This document shows positions 9,238-20,121 of a stretch of 64,000 nt of DNA, one piece after another. Within the stretch, counting starts at the first letter, position 1. The number at the start of each line of letters is the position of its first letter. The stretch is from an uncultured Bacilli bacterium. GTDB taxonomy: Bacteria; Bacillota_I; Bacilli_A; RF39; UBA660. The position numbers and the translations under genes were made by a program. The notes beneath the pieces are model-generated. The model saw only the letters and a program-made list of their open reading frames with translations. It had not been told where the DNA came from and did not search any database. The DNA lies in assembly GCA_934168245.1 (NCBI GenBank), contig CAKPMY010000002.1, forward strand, positions 78,237 through 142,236. The letters run 5' to 3'.

Positions 9238-12200
9238 TTACCTATACGCCACAACATGATGTGTCTTTTTATCATTAATTAACTCTACCACATCACTCTT
9301 TTGTACACGACCATCTACCATAGTTTTCCTTTTCTTATCCTTATGAACCTCTATTTCATAAATGGTTTCCTTAAATTTATAAGTAATCTTAAATGTAGTC
9401 CAACAATCTGGAATACTAGGCTCTACTCTTAACGTATTACTCTTCTTCTTCATACCTAAAATATCTCTAATACCTACATTATAGAACCATCCAGAAGAAC
9501 CAGTATACCAAGTCCATCCAGCCTTACCAGCAAAGTTTTCATTAGAAGAGATATCTGCTGCAATTACATAAGGCTCTGCTCCATACTTCATAACCGCCGA
9601 ATTATTCAAAGTCCTATTAATTGGATTTATCATCTGATAATACTTATAAGCCTTATCAGTATATCCCATCTTAATTAAAGCCATAATATACCAACTAACC
9701 GCATGTGTATATTGACCTCCATTTTCTCTAATACCTTTAGGATAATTCATAATATATCCAGGATTATTTAATGACTTACTAAAAGCCGGATTAAGTAACT
9801 TAATAATATCATTATCTCTATCGACTAACTTCTCTTCTACTTCTTCAATTACTTTTAAACTTCTTTCCTCATCCGCAACTCCAGATATAACTGAAAAACT
9901 CTGAGAAATTAAATCAATCTTACATTCACTATTATCTTTACTACCTAACTTATCTCCATTATCAAAATATGCTCTTAAATAATAATCTTTATCCCAACCA
10001 TACTTATTCAAATTACTCTTCAATTCATCATTAAATTTAACATACGAAGAAACATCTAACGCTACATTATTCTCCTCTACCAAAGCAACAAACTTATCAA
10101 TTATATTATACAAGAAGAATCCTAACCAAACACTTTCTCCCTTACCTTTAATACCTACTCTATTCATTCCATCATTCCAGTCACCTCCACCCATTAATGG
10201 TAACTTATGACTACCTAAATTAGACATAGATAATTTTAAAGACTTCAAACAATGATTAAGAATCGTATCACTACTACTAGAATAACTAAAATTCATCGTC
10301 TTCTCATACTCATAAACACTAAGTAAACTACCCGTAACATAAGGAACTTTTTCCCCTAAAATATCCTTATCCCCAGTAACTTCAATATAATTAATAACAG
10401 CATATACTAGCCATAAAAAATCATCCTTATAACGACTTCTAAGTCCAAACTTACTATCTTCATGCCACCAATGTAGAACATCACCTTCTCTAAATTGATG
10501 TGCCGCATTACAAATAATCTGCTCTCTCGTAAACTCCGGTTTTACTAAAACTATATTCATAGCATCCTGTAACTGATCTCTATATCCAAAAGCCCCAGAT
10601 ACTTGATAAAAACCAGCTCTAGCCATAATTCTAGAAGAAATAGTCTGATACAAATACCAATTATTAATCATATAATCAAAACTCTTATCTGGACTTTGAA
10701 CCTTAATAGTACCAAGAGTCTCATTCCAATACTTCTTAACTTTATCAAAAGCCATATCAACAAAATTAAGATCACTATATTTTCTAACTAATCCTTCTCC
10801 TATACATTCACTTCTATCAGCAACCAACATAAATACTATAGTCTTCTCTTCCTTAGCCTTCAAACTAATCTTACTATTAATACTCTTAACTAAGATTCTA
10901 TCACTACACCAAGAACTAATCTTTTCATTACAAGACATATATACACATACATCACTATAATTAATACTATAAGCATTACGTAGTTTTAATAAATTATCTT
11001 CCTCCATATACTCAGATAAAATATGTCTAGCTGTCTTCTCTTCAAAATTACCAAACGTTGGATTAATCCAAAAACAAGTATCAACATCCTGCTTTTTATT
11101 AGTCTTATTACTTAACTTAACCAAATATAATTTTACTGGTTCATTAATACTAACAAACTCTGTAATTTCTTTTCTTAACTCCAAAGATTCACTCTCTAAA
11201 ATACTATATCCCATACCATGAGTACACTTATCAGATACAAATAACTTATCATTAAACTTAAATCCCTCAGACCTGTCATTAACAACTAAATCATTAGTCC
11301 AAGACGTAATCTTAAACTCCGAAGAATTTTCAAAATAAGTAAATCCAGCCCCATTATTAGTAATAACAGTTCCAAACTCACTATTCGCAATAACATTACT
11401 CCAAGGAACAGGTGTCTTATTATTATAAATAACATACTCTTCCCCATTATTTATAAATCCACCAAAGCCATTATCAAACTCATACTCTCCCCGTTTCTTT
11501 ATCGCAACATTCTCTTCATACTTTTTCTCTTCATAATTACTAATCTTATTATTCTTCTGTAACTCACTAACTGCAACACTCAAACTAATATGATCTCTTA
11601 CGATAAATCTAAGTCTAGGTACAACTCCAAATAAATTCATCTCTTCTCTAGATAAACCACTTCCATCTATTACTTTAATAATACCTGGAGTATGATAAAA
11701 ACTATTAACTGAATATATTCTATATATCTCATCATCAATCTCTTTATTAATAACATCTCTATACTCATCTTCATTATTAATAATAACTATATCTACAAAA
11801 ATAGAATTATTCTTATAATACTCAAATGCTTTAAGTATACTAAATACAAAAGATAAATCACTAATATCATTAATATCCACTAAAATAATTGGTCTATCTC
11901 CACTAATTCCAAACTTCCACAACCCAGTCTGTGATAAACTATTTCTTCTTAATAAATCCATTCTCTCTTCATTAACTGATATTTTAGTAGTCTGATATAA
12001 ATAATTAAGCATTATATTATAAAGCCTTAACTCATCCCCCATAAGATCCATACTCTTATTATTTACAACACTTGCTAAAGAAGCTACTCTAAATATTTTA
12101 TTAATATCTCTTTTATTATTATAAGCATTAATAATTTCATCTATTTGTTCAGTACTTCTTCCAAAACCAACAACCACATAAACCGTTACTTCTCCATTAG

Positions 12201-15200
12201 GAACTATCTCTATCTTATTTCTAATACTACTAATTGGATCCAAGTTATCCCCCACATAGTTACTAAGTTTTGTAGAAAGACTAACTGGATTACTAGTTGT
12301 ATAACCCCTACCAATAAATCTACTTCTCTCAGTCTCATAACTATATTTATCAACAGGATTATCAATAATCAATCTACTAACCATATAATTATTAATACTA
12401 GAGTCTCCTCTACTTTTTCTCTTCATTATAAGAGCATTATTCTTATTATCCCATTCACTAGAAATAAACATATTATTAAATACCCTATGTGAAACATCAT
12501 CCATATTCTCGGATAATATAACCTCAGTATAAGTAGTTAGTTCTAAATTCTTATTAACATTACTATTATTTCTAAAAGAAATCTTTCTAATCTCAGCATT
12601 ATGATATGGACTAACTACAATCTCTGTAGTAGTCGTAATTAACCCATCAGTTCTTAAATACTTAATCCTATCAGATGCAAAAACAACTTCATAATTATCA
12701 CTATTCTTATTAATTGGAGCATAAGTATTAGACCAAACATAATTAGTATCTACATCTTTTATATACATAAATATTCCATAGTCTTGTTCTGTAACCTTAC
12801 GATATCTATTTAATTGTAAAGTTCTATATCTAGAAAAACTATTACCTCGATCATTCATAAGTAAAGCATATTTCTTATTCGATAAAACAGACACTTCTGG
12901 CATATAAGAAATATAATTAAATGTTCTAATATCATTCTCTATTCTTTCTTTTCTATAATCATACTTTTTATACTTAGCCATCTTCATATCTATATCAGTC
13001 TTTATCTGTACTTTTTCTTTAAGTAATATATCAAAAGTTCTAACTAATACATTTTCCTGGAAATAGTTCTTTACTGCTCCTAGTTTCAAATAATTAACTA
13101 TTCCTGCTAAAATCATTCCCTGATGATGTGCAAAGTAAGCTGACACAACACCAGTATTATCATAGTCATATGATTCATATAACCCATATTTACCAAACAT
13201 TTCTAAGTCTCTAAATTTCTCTATATTAGACATTACTTCTCTTGGAAATAACTCTAAAGCCATTATTGATGCATATGGAGAAAGAACTATTCTATTATCT
13301 TTATCTTCTTTTGCTTTTAAATACGGAGTTGAAAAAGCCCTATATTTATAATTTAGTGAATTATCTAACTCATTATAAGCAGCCTCACTAATACCCCATG
13401 GCAACTTCTTATTTATTTTTTCTATATAATCCTTCTGACAAAAATAAGCAAACTGATATGACTCATCCATCAATGTATTAGGATAATTCTTTAAAAATAA
13501 TAGCGGCATAAAATACTCAAAAGAAGTACCAGACCAAGAAATAAGTCCTTTACGTCCTTTATATGTAGTTAAAGATTTATCAAGAGAAAACCAATGTTTA
13601 ACAGGAACATCTCCCTTACAAATTGCTAAATAACTAGTAAGTCTAGCCTCACTCGCAAACTTATTATAGTTATATATTGAAAGTCTTCCCTCACTATCAT
13701 CATATCCAATACTAAATACATTCTTCTTTGTATATAACTTTGAAAAGTCAGCTTTTTTAATTAAACTATCACATCTTTTAACTAAATCTATAAACCCATG
13801 ACTATTTAAAAACTCTCTACAAACAACCAAACTAGAAACAAAATTACCTGAATCTACTAAAGATACAAATCTTGGGCTAAGAACTTCCATAGTCAAAATA
13901 TTATACCAGTTATATAAATGTCCATTCCACTTTTCTAACTTCTCTACTGTATCTAAAATATTAGAAATTAATGTCCTAGCCTCATCTTTTGTAATAAACT
14001 CCATCTCACAAGATGAAACTATACTAACTAATGAATACCCTATCGCTGTAGGACTAGTTCTCTTATCTAACTTTTCTTCTCTATTTTCCTGATAATTATC
14101 TGGTATTAAATAATTATATTTACTACATAAATTATCTGAAAAATACATCCAAGTATCATAAGCCAACCTAGTAAGATTCTCTTCTACCTCACCACTAATA
14201 CTATTCTTAGGTTTAATATCTAAACTAACAAAGTATAAAACAAATGGTGCCGTAATAAACATACCCGCTACTACATAAGAAATATATGACTTAAATATAA
14301 CTCCTAAAATAATAAAAATAATACCAAAAATATAATTAACTATAAAACTCTTCAAATACCCAACTAAACTCTTATTTAACTTCTTACTTGCCTCTTCTGC
14401 TGTAGTCCAATTAAGTAAATTCTTATGTGATACAAAAAGTCTATATAAAGTTCTAAAAAAAGCATCCATATAAACCCCAGTATAAAAAGGTATATTAATA
14501 AAAGTAATATAAGCCCTATATAATAAACTACGTCCCCCTACTAATAAATTCTTATAGTACACTGTCTTATTTTTATTTTTAAATTTAACTTTACTATACA
14601 AGAAAAATATAATTGAAATAGCAATCTCTAAAACTACAAATAAAATCCAAAGTACTGACTTAGTCCCATTAAATGACATTGCCAAAAGTAATATAAGTAA
14701 TAAACTAGGCATTAAAAACATTCTAAGAATATTATCTAATATTTTTAATTTTCCAAGTAAATTTATTGGATTTTTTACTTTAAGATTTTTTTTATTTTTA
14801 ACAGTATTTAAAAGCCACCCAATAATTTGTGTATCTCCTCTAGCCCATCTATGTTGTCTAGATACATCTGTTAAAAAGTCAGATGGCGCATCATCTATCA
14901 ATTCTACATCTGAAACATATCCAACTCTTAAATAATTACCTTCTAATAAGTCATGTGACAAAATCAAATTATCTGGAAAGGTATCTCCAAGTATTTTATC
15001 AAAACACTCTAAATCATATATTCCCTTACCTATAAAATTCCCTTCTCCAAAGAAATCTTGATATGTATTAAAAAGTGTTGCTGAATAAGTATCAAATCCA
15101 CCTACTCCAGCAAATATCTGACTATATAAACTCTTATTAGTAGCCTCTATTGAAGAACTAACTCTTGGTTGCATAATCCCATATCCAGAAATTACCTTAG

Positions 15201-16878
15201 TCTTCTCTTTATTTAAAACTGGTCTATTTAAAGGATGTGCCATTGCTCCTATTAAGTTTAAAGCCGTACTTAAAACAAGTCTAGTATCAGTATCTAATGT
15301 AATAACATATTTAATACCTAACTCTTTTCCCTGTAATGTATTAATAAAGAAATTCTTTTTACTAAGATTATCATTCATCTTACCAAGTAATACTTTATTA
15401 AACTGAACTAGTGCCCCTCTTTTTCTCTCATATCCTAAGTAACACTCTTCACTCTCATTCCATACTCTTCTTCTATAAATAAAATGAAATAATTCCTTAC
15501 CATATTTTTTATTTAAAGAAGAAACTATTTTTTCTCCTGCTTCAACTAATTCTTGATCATACTCCTCGTCTTTCTTAGAAGAGGCTTTAACATCCCCTAA
15601 TAAAGTAAAATATAAATTATTAGACTTATTAATTAAATAAAATGTCTCTAATACATCAAACATCTCTTTAATTTTCTCTGTACTACTAATAATAGTTGGA
15701 ATTACTACCATCGTTGTAGCACTCTTATCTAATCCATTAGAAAAATTAATTTTAGGCATAACCGTAATTGGTAAAATCTTACTAAAAATAACATCTACAA
15801 TTTTTATCAATACCTGACTAACTGGAATTAATAGAATTAAAAATCCTAAAGCCCTAAGTCCAATAAAATATTTAGACAAGAAAAAACTAATAATAAAAGT
15901 TCCTAAACACATAAAAACTAAATAAAGAATTGTTCTTAGTTTATAATTTTTATTTTTAAATAAATAAAATCCAATATGCTTCTCTTCTTTTAAACTAATA
16001 CTATAAAGTTTACCAAGTAATTCTAATTCACTACATCTTTTCCCTCTAGCAAGTCTAACTATCTGTTCCCTATACATCATCTTTGTATCAACAGTCATAC
16101 TCTTATATACTTTATCCATAAGTAATAGTTTTTCTGTTGCTGAAATATTTTTAAATAGTTCTTCTTCATTAAGCTCAAATAATAGTTTTAAATCTCCAAA
16201 TATATTAGAAATCAAAATATTATTATCAATTCTCTCTTGAAAAAAATCATTAATAATTTCTTTTAAACTAACATTCTTTGCTTCTAATAATTCATTTATC
16301 TCTTTAAATATATAATTACTTCTATTACCAAGTTTTTTTATCTGACTATTAACTTCATAAATATAATACTGATTCTCAGTAATATTAAACTTTTCATCTA
16401 TAAAATCATTTAATGTTACTTCATTCTTATCACAACTATTAATAATTTTACTAACTTTATTTTTTATTAATAATTTATCTTTCTCATCTTCACTAAGTAA
16501 ATACAACTTCTCTGTATAAATAAAGATCAAAAGATATTTAATTGCTAAAATCTCTCTATATGAAAAATCATAACTCTCATTTCTTTGATATTTTTTTAAT
16601 TCGGAAACTAATGTTTTAAAAGGAATATTATAATTATTCGCAACTGCTATTTGTCTAAGACAATAGTATAAACTTTTGGTATTTTTTATTAATTTACGTA
16701 TTTCTCTTTTGTTATGAACAATATTTGTTTTATGCTCTACTAACAAATAAAAATTATCAATTATCCATTCATTGTTAATTCCTACGTATGTTGCTTGTTT
16801 TGTTTTTTCTATTAAATAATTATAATATTTATTTATTTTTTTGAAGTTTGTAAAGAAATTAAAATACGTATCGTTCAT
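9238..16878 (-). CDS. Cyclic beta-1,2-glucan synthase-like giant protein (2546 aa): N-terminal cytoplasmic region, TM segments, GT84-like glycosyltransferase, C-terminal GH94 glycoside-phosphorylase-like domain
   Basis: The processive GT motif QHRWARGD and the DTDTRL (DxD) region lie in the middle. The C-terminal region carries the GH94 signature FGYRDQLQD plus HWWHEDSKFGLRSRYKDD. Several TM helices cover roughly aa 300-900 (one example starts LGTFIISFFLSKYFIG...). The architecture is that of Cgs/NdvB/ChvB. Confidence 0.75.
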   Translation of the reverse strand: MNDTYFNFFTNFKKINKYYNYLIEKTKQATYVGINNEWIIDNFYLLVEHKTNIVHNKREIRKLIKNTKSLYYCLRQIAVANNYNIPFKTLVSELKKYQRNESYDFSYREILAIKYLLIFIYTEKLYLLSEDEKDKLLIKNKVSKIINSCDKNEVTLNDFIDEKFNITENQYYIYEVNSQIKKLGNRSNYIFKEINELLEAKNVSLKEIINDFFQERIDNNILISNIFGDLKLLFELNEEELFKNISATEKLLLMDKVYKSMTVDTKMMYREQIVRLARGKRCSELELLGKLYSISLKEEKHIGFYLFKNKNYKLRTILYLVFMCLGTFIISFFLSKYFIGLRALGFLILLIPVSQVLIKIVDVIFSKILPITVMPKINFSNGLDKSATTMVVIPTIISSTEKIKEMFDVLETFYLINKSNNLYFTLLGDVKASSKKDEEYDQELVEAGEKIVSSLNKKYGKELFHFIYRRRVWNESEECYLGYERKRGALVQFNKVLLGKMNDNLSKKNFFINTLQGKELGIKYVITLDTDTRLVLSTALNLIGAMAHPLNRPVLNKEKTKVISGYGIMQPRVSSSIEATNKSLYSQIFAGVGGFDTYSATLFNTYQDFFGEGNFIGKGIYDLECFDKILGDTFPDNLILSHDLLEGNYLRVGYVSDVELIDDAPSDFLTDVSRQHRWARGDTQIIGWLLNTVKNKKNLKVKNPINLLGKLKILDNILRMFLMPSLLLILLLAMSFNGTKSVLWILFVVLEIAISIIFFLYSKVKFKNKNKTVYYKNLLVGGRSLLYRAYITFINIPFYTGVYMDAFFRTLYRLFVSHKNLLNWTTAEEASKKLNKSLVGYLKSFIVNYIFGIIFIILGVIFKSYISYVVAGMFITAPFVLYFVSLDIKPKNSISGEVEENLTRLAYDTWMYFSDNLCSKYNYLIPDNYQENREEKLDKRTSPTAIGYSLVSIVSSCEMEFITKDEARTLISNILDTVEKLEKWNGHLYNWYNILTMEVLSPRFVSLVDSGNFVSSLVVCREFLNSHGFIDLVKRCDSLIKKADFSKLYTKKNVFSIGYDDSEGRLSIYNYNKFASEARLTSYLAICKGDVPVKHWFSLDKSLTTYKGRKGLISWSGTSFEYFMPLLFLKNYPNTLMDESYQFAYFCQKDYIEKINKKLPWGISEAAYNELDNSLNYKYRAFSTPYLKAKEDKDNRIVLSPYASIMALELFPREVMSNIEKFRDLEMFGKYGLYESYDYDNTGVVSAYFAHHQGMILAGIVNYLKLGAVKNYFQENVLVRTFDILLKEKVQIKTDIDMKMAKYKKYDYRKERIENDIRTFNYISYMPEVSVLSNKKYALLMNDRGNSFSRYRTLQLNRYRKVTEQDYGIFMYIKDVDTNYVWSNTYAPINKNSDNYEVVFASDRIKYLRTDGLITTTTEIVVSPYHNAEIRKISFRNNSNVNKNLELTTYTEVILSENMDDVSHRVFNNMFISSEWDNKNNALIMKRKSRGDSSINNYMVSRLIIDNPVDKYSYETERSRFIGRGYTTSNPVSLSTKLSNYVGDNLDPISSIRNKIEIVPNGEVTVYVVVGFGRSTEQIDEIINAYNNKRDINKIFRVASLASVVNNKSMDLMGDELRLYNIMLNYLYQTTKISVNEERMDLLRRNSLSQTGLWKFGISGDRPIILVDINDISDLSFVFSILKAFEYYKNNSIFVDIVIINNEDEYRDVINKEIDDEIYRIYSVNSFYHTPGIIKVIDGSGLSREEMNLFGVVPRLRFIVRDHISLSVAVSELQKNNKISNYEEKKYEENVAIKKRGEYEFDNGFGGFINNGEEYVIYNNKTPVPWSNVIANSEFGTVITNNGAGFTYFENSSEFKITSWTNDLVVNDRSEGFKFNDKLFVSDKCTHGMGYSILESESLELRKEITEFVSINEPVKLYLVKLSNKTNKKQDVDTCFWINPTFGNFEEKTARHILSEYMEEDNLLKLRNAYSINYSDVCVYMSCNEKISSWCSDRILVKSINSKISLKAKEEKTIVFMLVADRSECIGEGLVRKYSDLNFVDMAFDKVKKYWNETLGTIKVQSPDKSFDYMINNWYLYQTISSRIMARAGFYQVSGAFGYRDQLQDAMNIVLVKPEFTREQIICNAAHQFREGDVLHWWHEDSKFGLRSRYKDDFLWLVYAVINYIEVTGDKDILGEKVPYVTGSLLSVYEYEKTMNFSYSSSSDTILNHCLKSLKLSMSNLGSHKLPLMGGGDWNDGMNRVGIKGKGESVWLGFFLYNIIDKFVALVEENNVALDVSSYVKFNDELKSNLNKYGWDKDYYLRAYFDNGDKLGSKDNSECKIDLISQSFSVISGVADEERSLKVIEEVEEKLVDRDNDIIKLLNPAFSKSLNNPGYIMNYPKGIRENGGQYTHAVSWYIMALIKMGYTDKAYKYYQMINPINRTLNNSAVMKYGAEPYVIAADISSNENFAGKAGWTWYTGSSGWFYNVGIRDILGMKKKSNTLRVEPSIPDCWTTFKITYKFKETIYEIEVHKDKKRKTMVDGRVQKSDVVELINDKKTHHVVAYR

Positions 16879-16952
16879 GACATCAACTCTCCTATTTAAA
16901 TTATATCATAAATGATTGTAAATAGAATATCAAAATAAGTCGAAAAAGTCGT

Positions 16953-16979
16953 AAAAAAAAACCTTGTCTAAACAAGGTT
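16953..16979 (-). terminator. Rho-independent terminator after tRNA-Ser
   Basis: Hairpin AACCTTG-TCTAAA-CAAGGTT at 16960-16979. On the minus strand it is followed by T8 (plus-strand A-run 16953-16960). Confidence 0.6.
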
Positions 16980-16989
16980 ACTTTTCTTA

Positions 16990-17080
16990 TGGCGGAGTAG
17001 GAGAGATTTGAACTCTCGCGCCAGTTGCCCGACCTACACCCTTAGCAGGGGCGCCTCTTCAGCCTCTTGAGTACTACTCC
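16990..17080 (-). tRNA. tRNA-Ser (GCT)
   Basis: Reverse complement GGAGTAGTACTCAAGAGGCTGAAGAGGCGCCCCTGCTAAGGG...GGTTCAAATCTCTCCTACTCCGCCA. Anticodon loop CTGCTAA. Long variable arm. 91 nt with encoded CCA. Confidence 0.85.
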
Positions 17081-17107
17081 ATTTCCTCTTGTGCGTCCGC
17101 ATATATA

Positions 17108-17136
17108 ATATTACACGAATTACCCTTACTTGTCAA
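17108..17136 (-). promoter_or_regulatory. Sigma-A promoter for tRNA-Ser (TTGACA-17-TAATAT)
   Basis: The minus strand reads TTGACA agtaagggtaattcgtg TAATAT, about 20 nt upstream of the mature tRNA-Ser 5' end. Confidence 0.55.
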
Positions 17137-17137
17137 T

Positions 17138-17165
17138 AACAAAATAAAAGACCTTCGAAAAGGTC
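17138..17165 (-). terminator. Rho-independent terminator after the tRNA Ile-Asn-Glu operon
   Basis: Hairpin GACCTT-CGAA-AAGGTC at 17150-17165, followed on the minus strand by TTTTATTTT. Confidence 0.55.
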
Positions 17166-17201
17166 AAATAAAAATCCAACATGCTGGAATTATATTCAAT
17201 A

Positions 17202-17278
17202 TGGTGACGAGTACGGAATTCGAATCCGTGAATGCTGCCGTGAAAGGGCAGTGTGTTAAGCCACTTCACCAACTCGCC
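17202..17278 (-). tRNA. tRNA-Glu (TTC)
   Basis: Reverse complement GGCGAGTTGGTGAAGTGGCTTAACACACTGCCCTTTCACGGCAG...TTCGAATTCCGTACTCGTCACCA. Anticodon loop CTTTCAC. Confidence 0.8.
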
Positions 17279-17281
17279 ATA

Positions 17282-17358
17282 TGGCGCCCCAACTAGGACT
17301 TGAACCTAGGACCCCTTGATTAACAGTCAAGTGCTCTAACCGACTGAGCTATTGAGGC
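17282..17358 (-). tRNA. tRNA-Asn (GTT)
   Basis: Reverse complement GCCTCAATAGCTCAGTCGGTTAGAGCACTTGACTGTTAATCAAGGGGTCCTAGGTTCAAGTCCTAGTTGGGGCGCCA. Anticodon loop CTGTTAA. Confidence 0.85.
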
Positions 17359-17365
17359 AAATTAA

Positions 17366-17442
<77 letters not shown>

Positions 17443-17571
17443 ATTAATTAACTGACTTCTTAAGTTTACAATACTTTTTTAAATTTTGCAAGAGAAAATT
17501 CACATTTTTAAATATATTTCTCAACTGCAATAATAGAATACTATAGAAAAAGTAAGAAAGTCAAGTATTTT

Positions 17572-19890
17572 TTACTCTTTTCTTACTTTTAATTCTAAAT
17601 AATTAATTGTTTTCTCAAACGTATAATACATAAAGTGTGCAAATGCAATACATATCGCAATAATTACAACCATTCTAAAGTTCAATGTTGAGAATGAGAA
17701 TAATGTTCTAAATCCAAAGAAACCAGTAATATATAATGATACCATGGCTACAAATAAACAAGATCTTAAAGGATTAAATGGTAAACAAGTCTTAAATAAT
17801 AACATAAAAGCAACATACCCTGTAACAACAGCCGATAAGGTGGAAGTTTGTTCGTACGTAAAATTAAATATTCTACTAGCAATAAATACTACTAAAATAT
17901 TTAAAATTATTGTAAATGCCGGTGGTACTGCTCTTTTCAAAACTCGCTTCAAGAAATGTTTTTGTACTAAATCATAATTATCTTGTAATGCCAAAATAAA
18001 TGATGGTATTCCGACTGTTACCGTACTAGCAAGTGATAATTGAATTGGTATAAATGGATATGGCATATCAATAAAGATAAAGATAATTGCAAGTAAGGTA
18101 GCATATATTGTCTTAACTAAAAATAATGATGAACTCTTCTCTATATTATTAATAGTTCTTCTACCCTCTGCCACTACATAAGGCATAGATGAAAAGTTTG
18201 AATCCAATAAAACTAGTTGACTAACATTTTTAGTCGCATCAGATCCAGATGCCATTGCTACTGAACAGTCTGCTTTCTTTAAAGCCAAGACATCATTAAC
18301 ACCATCCCCTGTCATCGCAACCGTATGACCTAAATGTTGTAGTGCCAAGACAATAGTTTTTTTCTGTTCTGGAGTAACTCTACCAAAAATATCATACTTC
18401 TCTACAGCATTTAATATATCTTCATCACTCTTTAAAGTAGTTGCATCAACTAATTTAGCCTCTTCTGAAAAACCAGCCCTACAAGCAATACCATAAACCG
18501 TATTAGGATTGTCCCCTGAAATAATTTTCAAAGTAACACCTTGCTCTTTAAAATATTGTAACGTCTCATTAGCATCACTTCTAATTTTATCTTGTAATAA
18601 AAGTAAAGCAATCGGTTTAACATCTTCTAAATCTTTAGTCTTAGCCTCTCCTAACAAAATAACTCTATATTCATTAGTATATTCCTCTACCTTCTTCATA
18701 ATAGAATCATTTTTCTTTAAAATAAACTCCGCTGCTCCTACAACATAAACCTTATCTTTCAAGACTATCCCTGAATACTTCTTTGCTGAAGAAAAAGGCA
18801 AAGTCTTAACAACTTCAAAATTATCTCTTTTCCCATACTTATCTAATAAAGCAATCGCAGTCGGATTATTCTCACCTAAACTATTATTAATATTGCCAAT
18901 AATCTCTCCAATATCATCATCAGTAAATAAAACTTCAGCCGCCACTTCCATCTTACCTTCTGTAATTGTTCCTGTCTTATCTAAACATAAAGTATCAACC
19001 CTAGCCAAAGTCTCTATACAATATAAATCTTGTACCAATACTTTTCGCTGTGAAAGTCTAATTACACTAACCGCTAAAACTGTACTAGTAAGTAAAACTA
19101 ATCCTTCTGGAATCATTCCAATTAAAGCCGCAACCGTTGAAACAACAGCCTGTGAAACAGTATTTCCCTCTATATACATCTGTCTACTAAATAAAAGTAC
19201 TCCAACTGGTACAATTAAAAATGAAATTGTCGAAATAATCTTATTTAAACTTCGCATAATCTCTGAAGAAACTGCTTTTATATACTTAGTATCACTAGAA
19301 ATCTTAGCCGTATAATTATCATATCCAATATGTTCAACCTGACAAACGGCTTTCCCAGATACTATAAAACTTCCTGATAATAACATATCTCCTTTTTTCT
19401 TAAATATAGTATCAGCCTCTCCCGTAATAAATGACTCATCAACTTCAACCTCTCCATCCCTAATTACAGAATCAACTACTATCTGATTACCTATCTCTAC
19501 TTTTATAATATCATCTAAAACAACTTCATTAATACCTATTTCTTTTTCTATTGAATCTCTAACAACATGTATTTTAGAAGCCGCTACTACCTTTAACTTA
19601 TCCAAAGTCCTCTTACTTCTAAGTTCCTGAATAATACTAATCAATGTATTAATAGTAATTATTATGATAAATGTCAAATTCTTAAATGATCCAACACATA
19701 TAACCGCAACAGCCAATATTATATTGATTATATTGAATAAAGTTATAACATTTTCTCTAACTATTTCAGAAACTATCTTAGTACCCACTTCAGTATCTAT
19801 ATTTACTAACTTGTCTTCTACTCTTTTATTGACTTCATAATTAGTTAAGCCAACTTTTATATCTGGATTATATCTTTCAACTTTCTTCAT
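17572..19890 (-). CDS. P-type cation-transporting ATPase (E1-E2, HAD superfamily)
   Basis: Phosphorylation motif DKTGTIT, hinge MTGDGVNDVLALKKADCSVAM, and about 8 TM segments. 772 aa. Confidence 0.8.
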   Translation of the reverse strand: MKKVERYNPDIKVGLTNYEVNKRVEDKLVNIDTEVGTKIVSEIVRENVITLFNIINIILAVAVICVGSFKNLTFIIIITINTLISIIQELRSKRTLDKLKVVAASKIHVVRDSIEKEIGINEVVLDDIIKVEIGNQIVVDSVIRDGEVEVDESFITGEADTIFKKKGDMLLSGSFIVSGKAVCQVEHIGYDNYTAKISSDTKYIKAVSSEIMRSLNKIISTISFLIVPVGVLLFSRQMYIEGNTVSQAVVSTVAALIGMIPEGLVLLTSTVLAVSVIRLSQRKVLVQDLYCIETLARVDTLCLDKTGTITEGKMEVAAEVLFTDDDIGEIIGNINNSLGENNPTAIALLDKYGKRDNFEVVKTLPFSSAKKYSGIVLKDKVYVVGAAEFILKKNDSIMKKVEEYTNEYRVILLGEAKTKDLEDVKPIALLLLQDKIRSDANETLQYFKEQGVTLKIISGDNPNTVYGIACRAGFSEEAKLVDATTLKSDEDILNAVEKYDIFGRVTPEQKKTIVLALQHLGHTVAMTGDGVNDVLALKKADCSVAMASGSDATKNVSQLVLLDSNFSSMPYVVAEGRRTINNIEKSSSLFLVKTIYATLLAIIFIFIDMPYPFIPIQLSLASTVTVGIPSFILALQDNYDLVQKHFLKRVLKRAVPPAFTIILNILVVFIASRIFNFTYEQTSTLSAVVTGYVAFMLLFKTCLPFNPLRSCLFVAMVSLYITGFFGFRTLFSFSTLNFRMVVIIAICIAFAHFMYYTFEKTINYLELKVRKE

Positions 19891-20045
19891 TTTTGCCTCA
19901 CCTACATTACTTAAAATATATCATAAATATAACGATTAGTCTATCAACACAACTTAACAAAATGTCAACTATTTAAAACTTTTCTTAAAAAAAGACTTGT
20001 CAACTGTCAATTTTTAGTATAAAATAAATTATGCAATCAGGAAAT

Positions 20046-20121
20046 GGGCTGTTAGCTCAGTTGGTAGAGCAACTGACTCTTAATCAGTGGGTCTAGGGTT
20101 CGAATCCCTAACAGCCCACCA
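20046..20121 (+). tRNA. tRNA-Lys (CTT)
   Basis: GGGCTGTTAGCTCAGTTGGTAGAGCAACTGACTCTTAATCAGTGGGTCTAGGGTTCGAATCCCTAACAGCCCACCA. Anticodon loop CTCTTAA. Confidence 0.85.

Noticed and set aside
7638-9275. Extended N-terminus (MIKRHIMLWRIG...) of the third surface paralog
   Set aside because: It would overlap the stop of the upstream giant gene. There is no RBS. The internal Met at 9146 has a GGAGAAG RBS and matches the N-termini of the paralogs.
10603-12492. Plus-strand ORFs 10603..10791 and 12145..12492 inside the giant gene
   Set aside because: They are antisense to a well-supported 2546-aa CDS. Their composition is Ile/Asn/Ser-rich, typical of AT-rich antisense frames.
17744-19315. Plus-strand ORFs 17744..17977, 18509..18748 and 18893..19315
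   Set aside because: They are antisense to the P-type ATPase gene and have no RBS.
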